Positions 29,158 through 58,145 are shown, counted from the stretch's first letter. The stretch is DNA of 64,000 bases from Flaccisagitta enflata (GCA_965153355.1 OZ231126.1:47306001-47370000); one strand, 5' to 3'. The notes: generated from the letters alone by a model not told the origin. A program made the numbers and translations.

Positions 29158-30190
29158 TTCCCCGCAGCCGGAAGTGTGACGAACCACCTTGACAGCTCTT
29201 TTAACTCGACTGAAGAAACAAACGAACACATTTAAATTTCAAGTTGACCTCCTTGGCAAAAGAGCAGAAGCTGAGGACCACGCTTTTTTGAGCGCTTTCA
29301 TATTGACGGACAAAGCCATCAAAAACTTATTCTACCTCTAGAGTCTAAACCCAAACCTACCCTTAAGCTTAATCCCATCCATAACCCTAACAACTAAACC
29401 CAACCATACCCATAAACCCAGCCCTACGCTGGTTACGGTTTAACCCGGTGATTCAAAAAATGATATGGTTTTCCCACAAGTAGAGGTCTGAATTTGATTA
29501 TCAAACCATTTCGGCAACACCAAAGGCTTCCTATGGCAGCGAAATAGTCCCCATAGTAAGCCTATGGTTTTGCCGACAAGGATTTTTGTTTGATTTCACA
29601 CCCCAGCTTGTGAGGAATCCTTTCTTTGAATATTTGTGCAGAGAGCCTGAGTATATCAATATATGAAATTTGACCAAATTCCCGACCACCATAACACCCA
29701 ATCCTACCCCTAATCCCGAACCTACCCTAGTTACACGGGTGGACTAAAACGCCTTTATCATCCCGAACCCAAAACCCACCCCTACCCTAAACTCGATCCT
29801 ACTCTTTCACATGACCCTATATACTAACTGTGCCCCCTCCGACTGCTCCATCCTATTGTAATCAGTGATTAATGTAAGGTCGGGTAACTGCAAACTAAGT
29901 CCGGGCTTCTCTTACACGTAGTTCAGATAGGGCTGTTCAATTTGAAAATTGACCCATTCCACCCCTTCCATGCTAGACTTTCCGTGACACCAGCTTTTGG
30001 TGGATACGAACCGAACAGTCCAAACTAACTGACAAATAAAACCTCACTGTGATCGCCAGAGTAGATTTCGTTTCACTAAGAACGTACAGCGCGGTCGTTG
30101 CAAAACTAATTGTTACTCAGGCATGATGGACAAGTCAAGACATCGAAAATTACCAGAGTACTAAAGGAGGGGCGCGAGAGGACGTATCAC

Positions 30191-30704
30191 TCGGGTGTGT
30201 CAATATATAAAAGGTCTTTTGATCAGCTCATCATCATTAGGGAGTGTGAAGACATTAATTACAAGACACTTACCATTTTTATTTTTTTCAATTTCAATCA
30301 TCTTCCGTTTTTTTAGCGTGAGTAAAGATTGTCAAAAATATATATACTTTTAGCGACTCTACCCAGTATTGTTGAAAATGAGACTGATTTATCATTCAAA
30401 AAATTATGTTTTTTTTTGTTACTATTTCTTCTTACGAAAAGTAAAATATTTTGACCAATTCTTTTTAGATTAAAGAATAAGATAAGAAATGGGTTCTGAT
30501 TTTTTTTCTTATGATCAAGAATCCCGGTGCAAAACCAGCTGCACTACAATATACAAATTAGGGGCTAAATGGAGATTTGAAAAAAACGGAAGATGAATGA
30601 AATTAAGAAAAACAAAAATGGTAAGTACCTTAGAATTAGTGTCCCAACACTCCTTGATGATGACGATCTGATCAAAAAAGTTTTTTAAATTTTGACACAC
30701 CCGA
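30191..30704. mobile_element. Mutator-like MITE with 9-bp TSD
   Basis: TCGGGTGTGTCAA... / ...TTGACACACCCGA long imperfect TIRs, flanked by perfect ACGTATCAC repeats. Related copy at 57735-58145 and single ends near 52061 and 62260. Confidence 0.85.
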
Positions 30705-31146
30705 ACGTATCACCCACTCGGAAGGCAAGTTGTTCGGCAACGCCTTGGGCTTTTCTCTGGACGGAGGGAAAGGAAAAACAACATGCGCTAGTGAGGAAGC
30801 GTTAACGAGGTAGCGAGATGCAAAATTTTGTTAGATGCACGCTGTAAGCCATTGCTACTTTCGTTATTGTTATCGTTGTCGTTATTGTTCTGTAAATTTT
30901 TTTTTTTCGAGAAAAGAAAACCAACATATAACAATGAAATGTCAACGATGTCGCTATTTACTGGGCAATGATCCAAGTTGTGCTGTTATTGGATCCGCGT
31001 CGTGCTGGTAATGGATGTCGTAAATTCATGGCATATATTGGGGTTATTGCTGATTTATTGGATTGGATTACTGGTTATTGTTGGATATGGAGCTGATGAT
31101 AAAGTGGATAGCGAAAATGGTACCATTTATTTTTTATTGTTCATTG

Positions 31147-31194
<48 letters not shown>

Positions 31195-31675
31195 AATTTT
31201 TTTGGTTCGTTTTGATTTAAAAAAAAAAACATTGTTCCATTGCATGGCAATCATCTGGGACTAGGAGTTCCTGGGTGATTGCAACTGTTTACGACCGAAC
31301 AGACAGCAACTATGTCACGAGTCTGAAGGATCCCGGTCGTTAGGCTCATTTTGCTTTTGCTTCTCTTTCAGAAAAAAAAAATAAGAAAATGATTCATAAA
31401 GATTAATGTATGAAACAAGGATTAAATCAATGAGCAAGAAGACGAACGTGATCGGATATGTCGGGGCAGTTTTTTTAAAACGCCAATATCAAAAAATATT
31501 GATAATATCAGAAAATACGAGGAAATAATTTTAAAATTTTTTTCTTCGTTCAACAACCATGGGCAGCGCCATCTTTAGTAACTTGTTATGACTCTAATTT
31601 GCATTTTCCCCGCCAGAGGACGAGATGATCGATCTCGGCTATCGGCATGACAAAAGATTTGTGGGCTCGGCAATT

Positions 31676-32622
31676 TAAGAAGCCCCAGAGCTGGATGCCC
31701 CGAGTGAACGTGAGAAGCCCCAAGTGGATGTGAGAAGCCCTAAGATTAAAGAACTAAGATTAAAGAACTATTGTATGTGGGGGCTTATCATATCCTTTGA
31801 GAGCTTCTCATATCCAGGAAAGGCTTCTAACTATGGGGCTTCTCACAGTAAATAAGACTGGGTATGGCAATATAAGAAGCCTTTATGTCGGAAGCCCAAA
31901 GTGGATGTAAGAAGCCCTCTAGATATGAGAAGCCTTCAGTGAATGTAAGATGCACAGCATTTTCAAGTGTTCAACCCGTGATTTTAACTCAGGATAAACT
32001 GGTGAATTATCTCACGAAGTAGAAAACTGAGTAATAGCCAAGAGCATACTATTAATGAGGCCAGTTACATGGCTTCCTCAATTGAATGTAGGTAAGCAAG
32101 ATCATTATTTAAAGCCGCTAGACAATTTAGGCAGAAGCAATGAGGTAAAATATTATAAATCAAAAAGTAAATTGTGACTAATCACTGACGATCCAGGTCT
32201 CACAAACTAGATACGATCTACTGCACGATCAAAGTGTTTCTCGTCTCCAATAGATTCGAGAAGAGATAGCTATATATCGTTTATTAGATATAGCTAGATA
32301 TCAATTTCCGATACGATTCACTATTTTTTTCATAGTTAACTTACTATTACTAAAAAATTAATGTTACTAGAAAATCAATACGAATTCGCAGAAATCTATT
32401 TCTGAGATCGTTTTTATTTCAATGGAAAAAACAATGATAGGTGAAAATTAGAAAGATTTTGAATTTGAGACAGGAGACTTGTCATTTTTAACTGTTTGGA
32501 GGAAACCAGTCGGCATGAAACTGGTTGATTTTTCTCAGACATGAATAATTCGCATATGGCATGAGCATTTGTCCAGTCTTCTACTGTTATCAATTAACCC
32601 ATATCTGGCTGAAAAAAATCAA

Positions 32623-32657
<35 letters not shown>

Positions 32658-32782
32658 CGACTTTTTCACCCATTCTCCATTCACACTTCCTTCATTCTCT
32701 CCATTGTCTGTCCTCGACCTCTCCCTTTATTCTCCTTCTTTCTAATTCTCATTGTGTATCGGCGGTGTGTCTAGGTGATCTC

Positions 32783-32813
<31 letters not shown>

Positions 32814-33243
32814 CGGCGGTCTGTCTCGGTGTTGCTCACTGAAAATCGGATAACGATATAGGAAGGAGTCTCGGTCAGTCTGTCCGATCCGGGTCGATTT
32901 TTGCGGTGGTTAATTGTGACGGATGAATGGACTGGCCAACAGCCGGATGGACAAAGCGAGGTGTTGAGTTGCTTAGTATGCAACTTAAAATATATCGTGT
33001 GGAGTATTTCTATTTTGAGTTTACATACTATATTTTAAGCATATTAGTTGCAAAAATAATGAAAGGTTTATTTTTCATTTTTTTGATTGTTAGGCTAATT
33101 TGGCTAATTGGGGTTGAAGAAAAAAATAAAGTACATATCAAAATTTAAAAATTTAAGAAAAACCGCTTATTTTGAAGAGGGGCTTCTTATATCCACCCAG
33201 GGCTTCTCACATCCTCTCCGGGCTTCTGCGCCGGGGCTTCTTA
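31676..33243. repeat. Probable non-autonomous DNA element with reiterated subterminal AGAAGCCC / GGGCTTCT motifs
   Basis: Clusters of AGAAGCCC at 31676-31935 and inverted GGGCTTCT at 33180-33243; ends and TSD not resolved. Confidence 0.4.
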
Positions 33244-33289
33244 CGGATTTTTCCCAGATTTGGCTACAAAAAAAAAAGGAAAAAAAAAA

Positions 33290-33478
33290 AACAAGGCCGG
33301 ATACACGGCTACCTCAGTTGCGTGCGGGTGGGCAGGGGCTATAATTAAGATCAGTGGAACATTTTGGCAGGAGCAAAAAGGCCAAAACCCTTATTAACGC
33401 CAAAAAAGTAAAGTCGGACGGACCGACGGACGGACCGACGGACGGACCGACAAAGCGGGGTGTAGAGTCGCGTAGACG
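33290..33478 (-). mobile_element. DINE-1/HINE-like (Helentron-associated) repeat copy
   Basis: AACAAGGCCGGATACACGGC stem-loop, GGTGGGCAGGGGC core, (GGAC/CGAC)n tract, GTAGAGTCGCGT end. Confidence 0.7.
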
Positions 33479-34390
33479 AATGAATGACGAGGGCAAATTA
33501 TGAAATTCGGTTTAAGAGCAGGCGCACTGATTAGAATTCACCAGCATTCAGCATTCAGCATCTATGTTTGCGGCCGAGTTTCGACCTCGAGCGGAACGAG
33601 CAATGATAGAAACAAACACATGAACAAAGACAAAAAATATATATACTATCAAACAATTTCTGCAAGAGATAGGGAGGAAAACAACACAATACAACACAAC
33701 ACAATACACAAACAATACAGCGCAAAAGGAGGATGGAAGAAAGACATAGAGAATGAGAGAATGGTAGCGAGAGGTCATGACCGGTCAGAGCAGTCAAACA
33801 AGCGGACAGCTCGACCGTGCCACTTGCCGGTCCAACTTACGCGATTTTGTTTGCCATGCTCTTCTCTCTTTTTACAGAAAAAAAAACTTACGCGGCGTGA
33901 GACGACTCAACGAAAGGGAGATGTTGAGAGAGAGAGAGAGAGAGAGAGCGAGAGCGAGAGCGAGAGCGAGAGCGAGAGCGAGAGCGAGAGCGAGAGCGAG
34001 AGCGAGATACTGTGCACAGTGTGCACAACATGACCTCGACATGAGGCTCATCTGCTTTACTGACTGCTTAGCGCTCTTTTACGTGGCGAATCAGGTAGCA
34101 AATTTGAAAAAGACTGATTCAGACCATTGGCCCATTAAATGGTCCGTCGGTCCGTAGAAGGGTCTACAATGCTCTAACTGATGAGGACGTACATGTAAAC
34201 CAGCATGTGCCGACCATGGGAACCTTAATGGCCGATGGAAATAAAAAAAGTGAGGATGGATTAGGCATTAGGGGAGAAACTGGCATCGGAGAGTGACTAA
34301 CATTGAAGGAAGACCTCAATATCGTAGTGAGAAAGAGGAAAGAAAGAAAGGAAGAAAGGAAGAAAGGAAGAAAGAAAGAAAGAAAGGAAG

Positions 34391-34428
<38 letters not shown>

Positions 34429-34617
34429 GAGAGAGAAAGGAGAGAGAAAGGGGAGAGTCTGAAGGGAAACAGTAAAGTTCAATGAAGAATGAATGAATGA
34501 AATAAATAACGAATGAATGAATGAAAGGAAGAATGAAAGAAAGAATGAATGTTTGATAGAAAGGAGAGAGAAAGGGGAGAGAATGAAACGAGACAGTAAA
34601 GTGACATGAAGAAAGAC

Positions 34618-34672
<55 letters not shown>

Positions 34673-35523
34673 AATTCGTTTTCTACCGAACTACTACCAA
34701 TTACTTGGAGAAAGTGTCATTTCGGCACCTTAGTTGAACTCACTGACGACACTGACATTCATCAGTTAAGGCGCTGTTCTTTTATTCTGTTCATAAGGAG
34801 CCCTTCTCCAAATGCTCTTGGTTCTGATCTTGATCTTGTTGGCGTCAGAGGAAAACGAGCGAAAAACGAGGATCTTTGTTTTGCCAAACCACAAACATGG
34901 ATGGATGAGATACAATCCCTTTTGCAGAAAAAAAAAAATTGTAAGACATAGTTATAACCACTGTCCACCGAGGCTTTTTAGTCCTCATCATGAGGGATCG
35001 GAGAGTTATTTATGAAAGAAAAATGACTGAAATAAAGTAAAACTGCCTCGCGCTTACTTGTGCCGTAATAACAGATTAAAAACCCTTCATTAAGCCACCA
35101 AAGATGGTTCTTACAAAGGTTGTAAGGAGTAATTCGCAGTCTTCAGCGACATACAAGTCACATTCTGCGCACACTCATCTGGCTGGTATGAGCAGAGAGA
35201 GAGCGAGAGCGAGAGCGAGAGAGAGAAAGAGAGAAAAATGCATACATACAAGCTAATCGATTCACCTTATGGGCTTAAACTTTGAGATGGACGGGCTGTG
35301 AAGCACACCCACAGTCCACTCATGATATAAACACACCCGAGCAGAAATGTGCACTGCACATTTTGGCAACCATGATATTATCATCGAACCCAGTGTGGTA
35401 TTGACTGCATTTATTTGCATCAATGCAATTCTAATTTGTAACATGTCACGGGTCATTCTTGTAAAGGTTGTAAAAGATACATTAGTTGTCCCCCTCCTAA
35501 CGTCTCTTGTAGGATCGGATGAA

Positions 35524-50114
<14,591 letters not shown>

Positions 50115-51437
50115 CGGGTTGACGCAATATACATCGTAGTTAATCAATTAATAATCTTTCTTTGTTACTGTTGTCTAATGTTGCATATATTGATTATATT
50201 GTCTATTTATTATCTTTCAAGTGACATCTGATCCGTTTAAAATGCATATCGTCGCGTTTTTATACCTCAAGATTTCATTTTCTAAAAAAATATAATGTAC
50301 CTATCAAATATGTCGTTTAAGTTTGGTATAAACGAAATCTGTAACAACTCGTTTGAAAAGTTTGCAAACGTGAAGGGTTTATGCTTTACTCCTGTCATTA
50401 CCCACAGCCCACAACACAGTATGAGTATAGGAAAAGAAAACGATTATTTTTAAGTTAGACAGCAAGATAGTAATGACAAGGTCGTCAAAGAGGTCAGAAA
50501 AAAAATCATTGCAGTTCTGGTTTATTGGCGTCTATGGTTAAGTGACACTGGATTTGGCTGCTTCATGAAACGTTTTCGCAATGTGTTCCCTCTGCCCGTT
50601 AATCCAATGCGGAGAGAAAAAATCATAACGATGACCGTTTTTTTTTCTCAAAATTTAGTCTTCTTCCGTTTTTTTTAGCACTCAAAGCAAGGGTGTATAA
50701 AATTGAGTCGCTTTTGATTTTTTTCCCTCCCTAGAGACCGAGCAAGAGCGATGCGATTTTTGACTTAAGTCGAAAACGCCTTTTGTTCAAAACTCAACTA
50801 CCTCTAAGAAGCGCCCCTTGTGACCGCTAATCTTCACGGATTGACGTCATTCTTTTTTTTACGAGTAGCAGACGTCCTACGCTTTCTGACTTTTTAGGTT
50901 TCAGAAATCATATTAATTTTTTTTAATGTTTACGGTACTGTTTTATTGAACTCTCTGTTACGCTTTCGTCTCCTTTCCGAAACTTGGAAGCAGGCCGATT
51001 TCGGACGTGATCGAAAGCAGCTTCGAAACAAAGAAAAAATCTTAGATATTCACAAGCTCTCAGTTGATCGAAGCTGCGAAGGAAACAGGTCAAGCCAACC
51101 TGAGTCACGTAGCTCACGCTTACCAGGAAGATTCTGTTACGTAACCTTGATTGATTGGACATTATCCTGGCGAAGTTGGAACGTATTCACTAATTGTAAT
51201 GGAACCCTTACGACTTCGCGGCGTCTAACATTACCACATTAAACGCGGAGATTTGCCGAGATATTAGATGCTGTTTCGATCCACGTTTCATGTCACCTTC
51301 CCCCGGCCCGGTTGCTACGAACGGAGTCGAACTTCATTACAAACGCCCGGACTCAAATTACAGAGGTATGGGTCACGCTCGTGCGTTACTTATAAGGCTA
51401 TGTTACAGGAGGTAACAGGTTGGTCAAAGACGTACAC

Positions 51438-51662
51438 TTTTTAGTCGCGTGCTACGCGACTCTACACCAAGCTTTGTCGATCGGTCCGTCCGTCGGTCGG
51501 TCCGTCCGTCGGTCCGTTTGTCCGTCACACTACTTTTTTTTGTTTTTTTTTTGGGATTTTTGGCTTCACTGCTCCTGCCCAAATGATCTGGTGACCTCGA
51601 TTACGGCCCCTGCCCAGTGCCCACCCGCACGCACTGGGGTAGCCGTGTATCCGGCCTTGTTT
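51438..51662 (+). mobile_element. DINE-1/HINE-like (Helentron-associated) repeat, representative full copy; 20 or more related copies in the window
   Basis: TTTTT-AGTCGCGTGCTACGCGACT 5' hairpin, (GTCG/GTCC)n microsatellite, 3' subterminal CACGC(G)ACT, GCCGTGTATCCGGC stem-loop, then TT. Similar copies near 10457, 11090, 15294, 21060, 43700, 55575, 57466, 59563, 60734, 62470 and 63217. Confidence 0.75.
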
Positions 51663-52611
51663 TTCTTATAAAAACGTCATATTTTTCCGAAGCCTTCAAA
51701 AGAGATAGAGTTAGCTACTAATAAAATAACGACAACGTTCTTAATTTTATTGTAATGCAGTTAAGGTTCACTTAAAGTTCAACCATTTTTAGTCGCAAGC
51801 TACGCGACTCTAAACCCTTCTTTGTCCGTTGGTTGGTCGGTCAGTTGGTAGAGATGGAGTAGAGGTTGATAAATTGCTTGTAACTTGCTAATCTTTTGAA
51901 TATTTCTCAGAATCCAAGGGATTACGTTGATCTCACCTGAAACCGGTTATGGCCCAATCATCAAGTTACGAGGGACATCATCAATGACTCCCACGAACCT
52001 AAATCATGGATTGATTGTCCTAGGTAACTCTACATTGCTATTTTCATCTCGATGTGTAAGTCGGGTGTGTCAATATGAAAAACATTTTTTCAGCCAATCA
52101 TTGATATCAGATAGCTTAAAAATTAGATTTAACACTGTTAATATTTTCATGAAATTTTATTTATATATGAAATTTGATTAATATTTTTTTATTGAATTAA
52201 CCTTTTATTTGTATGTGACTATGTTATTGATATTGTTATAGAATAAGGCTAACACCTTACAGTCGCGTGCGGTTGTAAAGGCCACAAGAATAAGAGACTA
52301 ACAGACTAAAAGACAAAGTAAATTGTCTTGAAATAATTTGAAATAACTTAAAATGACTCAAAATGACGTAAAACGATGAGAAAAGACAGACCAACCAACT
52401 ACCAACCAACCGACTACCAACCAACCAACGGACAGAGAGGGTCATAAAGTTGTGTGTACGCAACTAAAAAATAATCAAATAAATGTTAATGAAAATGCTC
52501 CATATTATAAATGTAAATTCTAATTACTTATTTAAAAACAAAGCCGGATACACTGCTACCCAAGCCGCGTGTGGGTTGGCAGGGGCCATATTTGAGACTA
52601 TTTGGGCTGGA

Positions 52612-54382
52612 GGGTGGTTTCATGACAGATCTTATTTGGTGTAAAAGTACCCCTTGGGGAGATATTCAAGATTCCCGAAGATTTTTGCTCTTACTCATAT
52701 TTTGGGTTTTAGGGAGTTTGAAATTTTGACCCCCGGGGCACCCCCAGAACTTTAAACAGCTATATCTCTGTGTCAATCTTCTTGTATTAACCCAAAGAAT
52801 CTATTGGGTAAAAAATTTGAGCGGAAAAAAATCATTTTGGGGTTTTTTACCCCTAGGGGTAGTACCCCAGGGTACCCCCGGTTACCAAGTACAAAGAAAT
52901 TTAAAAAAAAAAAGTTTGAAAATTATTCTTTTATGTTTGTGGTTTCATATTAAAAAAAAAATGGTACCTCCGCATCTTAATACTTAAAAAATAACAAAAA
53001 TGGGTGGTAAGGCCCATTTTTGAGCATTTTCGCTCAAATTGTCAATTTAAGCAAAAATATTAAAAAATGGGCCCTACCACCCATTTTCTTAATTTCTTAT
53101 AGTACCGTCACACGGGGCTAATAGGGACAGCAGGGGCTAATCGGGACAGTAATCTAAAAAATGGTTCTCAATGTGATATTTCAAACCCGGTCAACTTTTT
53201 ATTGTTTCTCTCATCCTTTTTAAAATATTTAGTTAATTTAGGGTAACATTCAGCGGTTTATGTTATTTTATAACCATTTTAAATAGTTTAAAACTTGAAT
53301 TGTTAACAATACGGAAAAAATAAAAAATCGACAGAGCCTCAAAATTGTCGCTCTGGCTCAACACTGCATAAAGTGCTTAATATCACCTTAGGTTATCTTC
53401 AACTATAAGTAGTCAGTAACTCTGAGGACAATGTATGAGTGGCTTTCAAGAAAACTTGTTTGTTTACAAACTCAATTTTGGTAAATAATCATTTTTTTCG
53501 AAAAACATGGGGCTAATCGGGACACCGCGTTAGCTTATACTAAGGGTCATAAAATCAATAAATTTTCATGGAACGCCATTGAGAAAGTCTGATGAGGGGC
53601 ATTCATGCCATAATTACAATATCAGTCAGACCGGGTTTAGATTTAATCAATTTTGTTATGATAGATCTTGTAAAATCGGAAAAACATGGGTAGAGCGGGG
53701 CTAATCGGGACAACACAGTAAAGTAATGGCGTCCCGATTTGCCCCACTACGGGGCTAATCGGGACAGAGCATTTTTTCTAAAAATTCTCACCCAAGGGGT
53801 TGGTATTGGATTATGGTTCTTTGCGTGCTATAAGCCCTTCATCAGTGGTAATTAAGGGGGGAACATGCTGGAATTTATCCATGGAAATTTCAAAGATACA
53901 GAGCAGAATTTAGAAAAAGTGTCCCGATTAGCCCCGTGTGACGGTACTAAGATGCAGAGGTCCCACTTTTTTTATTCTTGAATTTGAAACAACAAACATA
54001 AGAGAATAATTTTCAAACTTTTTTTTTTCAAAATTTGGTTCCTGAGGCTACCCTGGAGTACTACCCCTAGGGGTAAAAATCCCCTAAATGATTTTTTTTG
54101 TTCAAATTTTTCCCCCAATTAATTCTTTGCGTTAATATATGAAGATTGACAACGAGATTGTCCTTTTATTATAAAAAATGGCTGAGATATAGCTGTTTAA
54201 AGTTCTGGGGGTGCCCCGGGGGGGCCGAAATTTTCAACCCCCCTAAAACCCAAAATATGGTTCCGAGATCAAAAATCCTCAGAATTCTTGAATATCTCCC
54301 CAAGGGGTACCTTCACACTAAAAAAGAGCAAATTTTATTTTTTTAGGGTTTTTAGTTTGATTGATCTGTCATGAAACCACCC
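52612..54382. mobile_element. Non-autonomous TIR element (GGG... termini, possibly Sola2-like) inserted in a HINE-like repeat
   Basis: GGGTGGTTTCATGACAGATC / GATCTGTCATGAAACCACCC with ~370-bp imperfect arms. Flanks TGGA / AGGA interrupt the host consensus GGGCAGGAGCAG. Confidence 0.75.
53105..53944. mobile_element. TA-flanked pogo/Tc1-type non-autonomous element nested in the previous element
   Basis: TA-CCGTCACACGGGGCTAAT ... ATTAGCCCCGTGTGACGG-TA; GGGGCTAATCGGGACA motif reiterated internally. Confidence 0.85.
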
Positions 54383-54796
54383 AGGAGCAGCAAGATCTAA
54401 AAATAAAAATAAAAAAAAAAAGTAAAGAATGAATGACCCACCGACTAACTAACCGACCAATGGAAGGACAAAGCGGGGTGTAGTTGCATGCACATGATTG
54501 AAAAAATTGTGTTTTATTTCAAAATTTGCAAAAGAAATAAAATGATAGGTGAAAAACATTATTAAAATTTATTTCTAATATAATTGAATATAGTGAATTA
54601 AAAGTGTGTATATTTTCATATATATTTGATTATATCAAAAAAGTAAATGAATGAAATTAATAGAAAAAGGGTCCTTCTGCATATTAACACACTCAAATGT
54701 GTTGGTATTTCATGTTTCCGTTTGTTAGTTGAGAAGCCTCTGAACAGCTTCATTTCATTACATTATGTGTGTGTGTGCGTGTGCGTGTGCGTGTGC

Positions 54797-54846
<50 letters not shown>

Positions 54847-57734
54847 CAGTGAGAGAGAGAGACTGTTCAAATTTTTTAAAACTGTATTTAGGAGATTATT
54901 TTCTCCACAAATTCAGTGTTTGAGTGTTGGGAGTGGGTTGTGGTGTTGATGGGTGTTGGATGCCCCTGCCCACCGTCCGCAACGATATTGTGTCCCCACA
55001 TAACTTGTTACCCCTTCCTTTCCCTTCCCTGTCTCTTGATTGGGGGGGGGGAGGGTAGATTCTCAATTATATACACGCCTGGATTTTTTTCATCACTAAC
55101 ATTTTTTTCATAGGTAAGTGATCGTGTTTATGAACGGATGCGCCCCGCGGAGCCCCCCTTCAAGTCTTCAATGCAGCTGTAGCAACGACGATGGCAACAA
55201 TGAATACAGCAGCGGCGATGAATGTGACTTCGTCCGATCGTCTTTAACAAACCCCGCCGCTGCCGCTTGGACGGTGCTGTCGCTACCTACCAGCCTCTGG
55301 CGCTGCCGTCTGTGTCGGCGTTGCAGAACTGTCTCTAATCTCACCTCTCATTCCCATCATAAAACTTCCCTGATCATCTCCTCCCCCTTTCCTTGGCTGA
55401 CACACAGACAACCGTGGGGCCCACAACAAGACAACTGAAAAAAAAACTGAAGGAAAATGGAGATATTATGAAACTTTCATCACAAATCCACCGAACGACG
55501 GCGCATCATAGAAAACATCTGTGTAGTTCATCCGTCGCTCAGTCCATTGATCTTTCTGCGATGCTTAAGTAGATCAAGGCCAGATACTCGGCTACCCCAG
55601 TCGCGTGCTGGTGGGCAGGGGCCGTAATTGAGGTCACCAGATCATTTGGGCAGGAGCAGTGAGGCCAGAAACCGCAAAAAAAAAACAAAAAAAGTAAAGT
55701 GTGACCAACGGACCTACGGACCGACAAAGCTGGGTGTAGAGTCGCGTAGCATGCGACTAAAAATGTGAAAGTGTGCATTTTTGCCCCTGCCTTCCTCTAC
55801 GTTCGCGATTTTACCGTTACCTCAGGTTGTTCCGAAATGTCACTGAATTGTGAAACTCTTTCACTAGTAGATTTGCTCTATTTATTCCCTTATCATTCGT
55901 TGATTTCAGTAAATTTTCTTCATTATGTTTTTAGTTGTGGACTAAAAATGTCAATTTATTGCTTTTGTTATTTCTGAGAAAAAAATTTCGCCACGCCATG
56001 TTTTCTTTCTTCCATGGAAAATTTTTAGTTATATGTTATGAATTTTTATTTTTTACTTTTATTTATATTTTTAACCGTTTTAAAGAAATGATTCTATTAA
56101 TCATGTACAGTATGTGGGAAGCAAAGACTACCTTGACTGGGGGAAAGATTTTAAGCAATGTGATTTTATTTAATTAAGATATTATTTTAGAATTAAATTA
56201 ATTGAAATATTGTTCTTTTAGTGAACATATTTGCTAAATGAAAAATTGCTACTTCAGAGAACTTCAAATTGTTATTTAACTTCATCAAGATTTCATTTTT
56301 TAATGGTTTGGTGTATTTTATAAGATAAAGAATAAAAATTTAATAAATTGGAAAAAAAAATCAGTTTAATTGGACTACAACAATATGGATTAATCTTTGG
56401 GTAAAATTAAAATAGTTTCTAAATATGTTCAACTGATTAATTTTTAAATAATTTAATCTTTGATAAATGACTTTTGCTAAATTATATTAAATAGTTTGGA
56501 ACTTTCAAAAACAAACTTTTGATGATATTTGATTAAAAGTAAAATAAGTTGTAAATATTTTCTCTTATAAAACAACTTTAAACATTTTAAGAATAAACAA
56601 AAAATTGTAATACTTAATATCTATCCACCAGTCTAGGCCGCCATTGCTCCCATTGAACTGTAGGAAGTTAGGTTGAGGTTTTACAAGGGGCGGCTAGTAA
56701 ATGGTAAGATCCAAAAGATACCTAGGTGTGCTAGCTGCTTACCAAAGATGACTTATCTGTTATCAAAAAAGGCTAGATACACGGCTACCTCATTCGCGTA
56801 AGGGTGGGAAGGAGCCGTAATCGAGGCCACTTGAGTATTTAGGCTAAAAAATCTCAGAATTATGTCAAAATTGGGGGATTTTACCGTCCATCCCGTACTT
56901 GACCAACTTAGACCCAAGGAATCCAAATCTGCAGTCAGAAATGGTCTCAGGTCAATATTTCGATAGGCTACGGCTACATTAATTAGGTCGAAATACTATT
57001 TAAGGTCAAATTTTCAAAATTGGAAATTTGTCAATCTGATTGCAGATTCAAAATCTTTGGAATAGAGAATGAATAATACCAACAACGACCGCAAAAGCAA
57101 CAACAACAACAACCAATAAACAGTCTTGTAACTAGTTGCGTACTCGCAGTTTTAGTTGTGGACACGCAACTTTATATATGAGGCTTTGTACATCGGTCCA
57201 ACCGTCGGTTCGTTGGTACATCCTTTTGTCAATCAGTGCAAGCCAAAAAGTGGAAAATCGAGCGTTTTTGAATACTTTTTGCGTGTTTGTGTGAGTGTGT
57301 GGGAAGGGGGGGGGGGTTGGGCTGTGGATGGGGGTTGGACGCCCCTGCTCACCCGACCGCAATGATGTTGTGACCCCATGTCATAGATTTTTCCGCGGTT
57401 GTTGTTGTTGCTGCTGCTACGATTCACGGGAAGTTCAGCTGTTACGGAAAATCAATTTCGGATGAAACAAGGCCAAGTAGGCCAATAGGTGCGACGTGTG
57501 GATCGTTGAACGAATGCGTTACAGACCGACTAACAGACGGACACAGCCAGTTATAGAGGTGCTTTGTCGCACCTAAAAACGATACATAAATGGTTGGATG
57601 ATGTTTCTCCCCTGTTGCATATAGCATCGCTAGAATTGAGCTTTCAGAACTCTACGTGATGCACAGTCCAGTGGGAAGGGAGGTAGAGGAGAAGGAGGTG
57701 ATGACAAATCCGGAGAAAGTGAAGGTGGGGGGAG

Positions 57735-58145
57735 TCGGGTGTGTCAAAAAATAAGAATTATCTTTGATCAGATCATCAACATCATGGTGTGAAAACAAAA
57801 GAATTTTAAGACCTTAAGCGTTTTTATTGTTCATTAATAAATATTTAACTATTTAAATATTTTGGTTCGATTTCTAATTGGGTTAGGAAAATATTATTTT
57901 TGTACCATAAAATTCATAAAAATAAATGAAACTTTACATTCTTTGTTGAAGTTTTGGGTCTCATTTTCAGCAAAACTAGGTTGGGACTCTGAAAGTATAC
58001 ATATTTTTGACAATCTTTTCCTGCGCTAAAAAAAGGAAGACGAAATCTGAAAAAATAAAAACGCTAAAGTCTTACAATTTTTTTGTTTACCTTCCCTGAT
58101 ATTGATGGTCTGATCAAAGATACTTTCTTTTTTTGACGCACCCGA
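57735..58145. mobile_element. Mutator-like MITE (same family as 30191-30704)
   Basis: TCGGGTGTGTCAAAAA ... TTTTTGACGCACCCGA; TSD degenerate. Confidence 0.75.

Noticed and set aside
29340-29830. Interstitial telomere-like (TAACCC-type) sequence
   Set aside because: Highly degenerate with no run of perfect units; more likely part of a dispersed repeat.
50923-55438. Possible additional gene (GC-richer islands at 50946-51365 and 55130-55438)
   Set aside because: No recognisable protein similarity or consistent exon chain; could be UTR or non-coding exons but cannot be supported from sequence alone.
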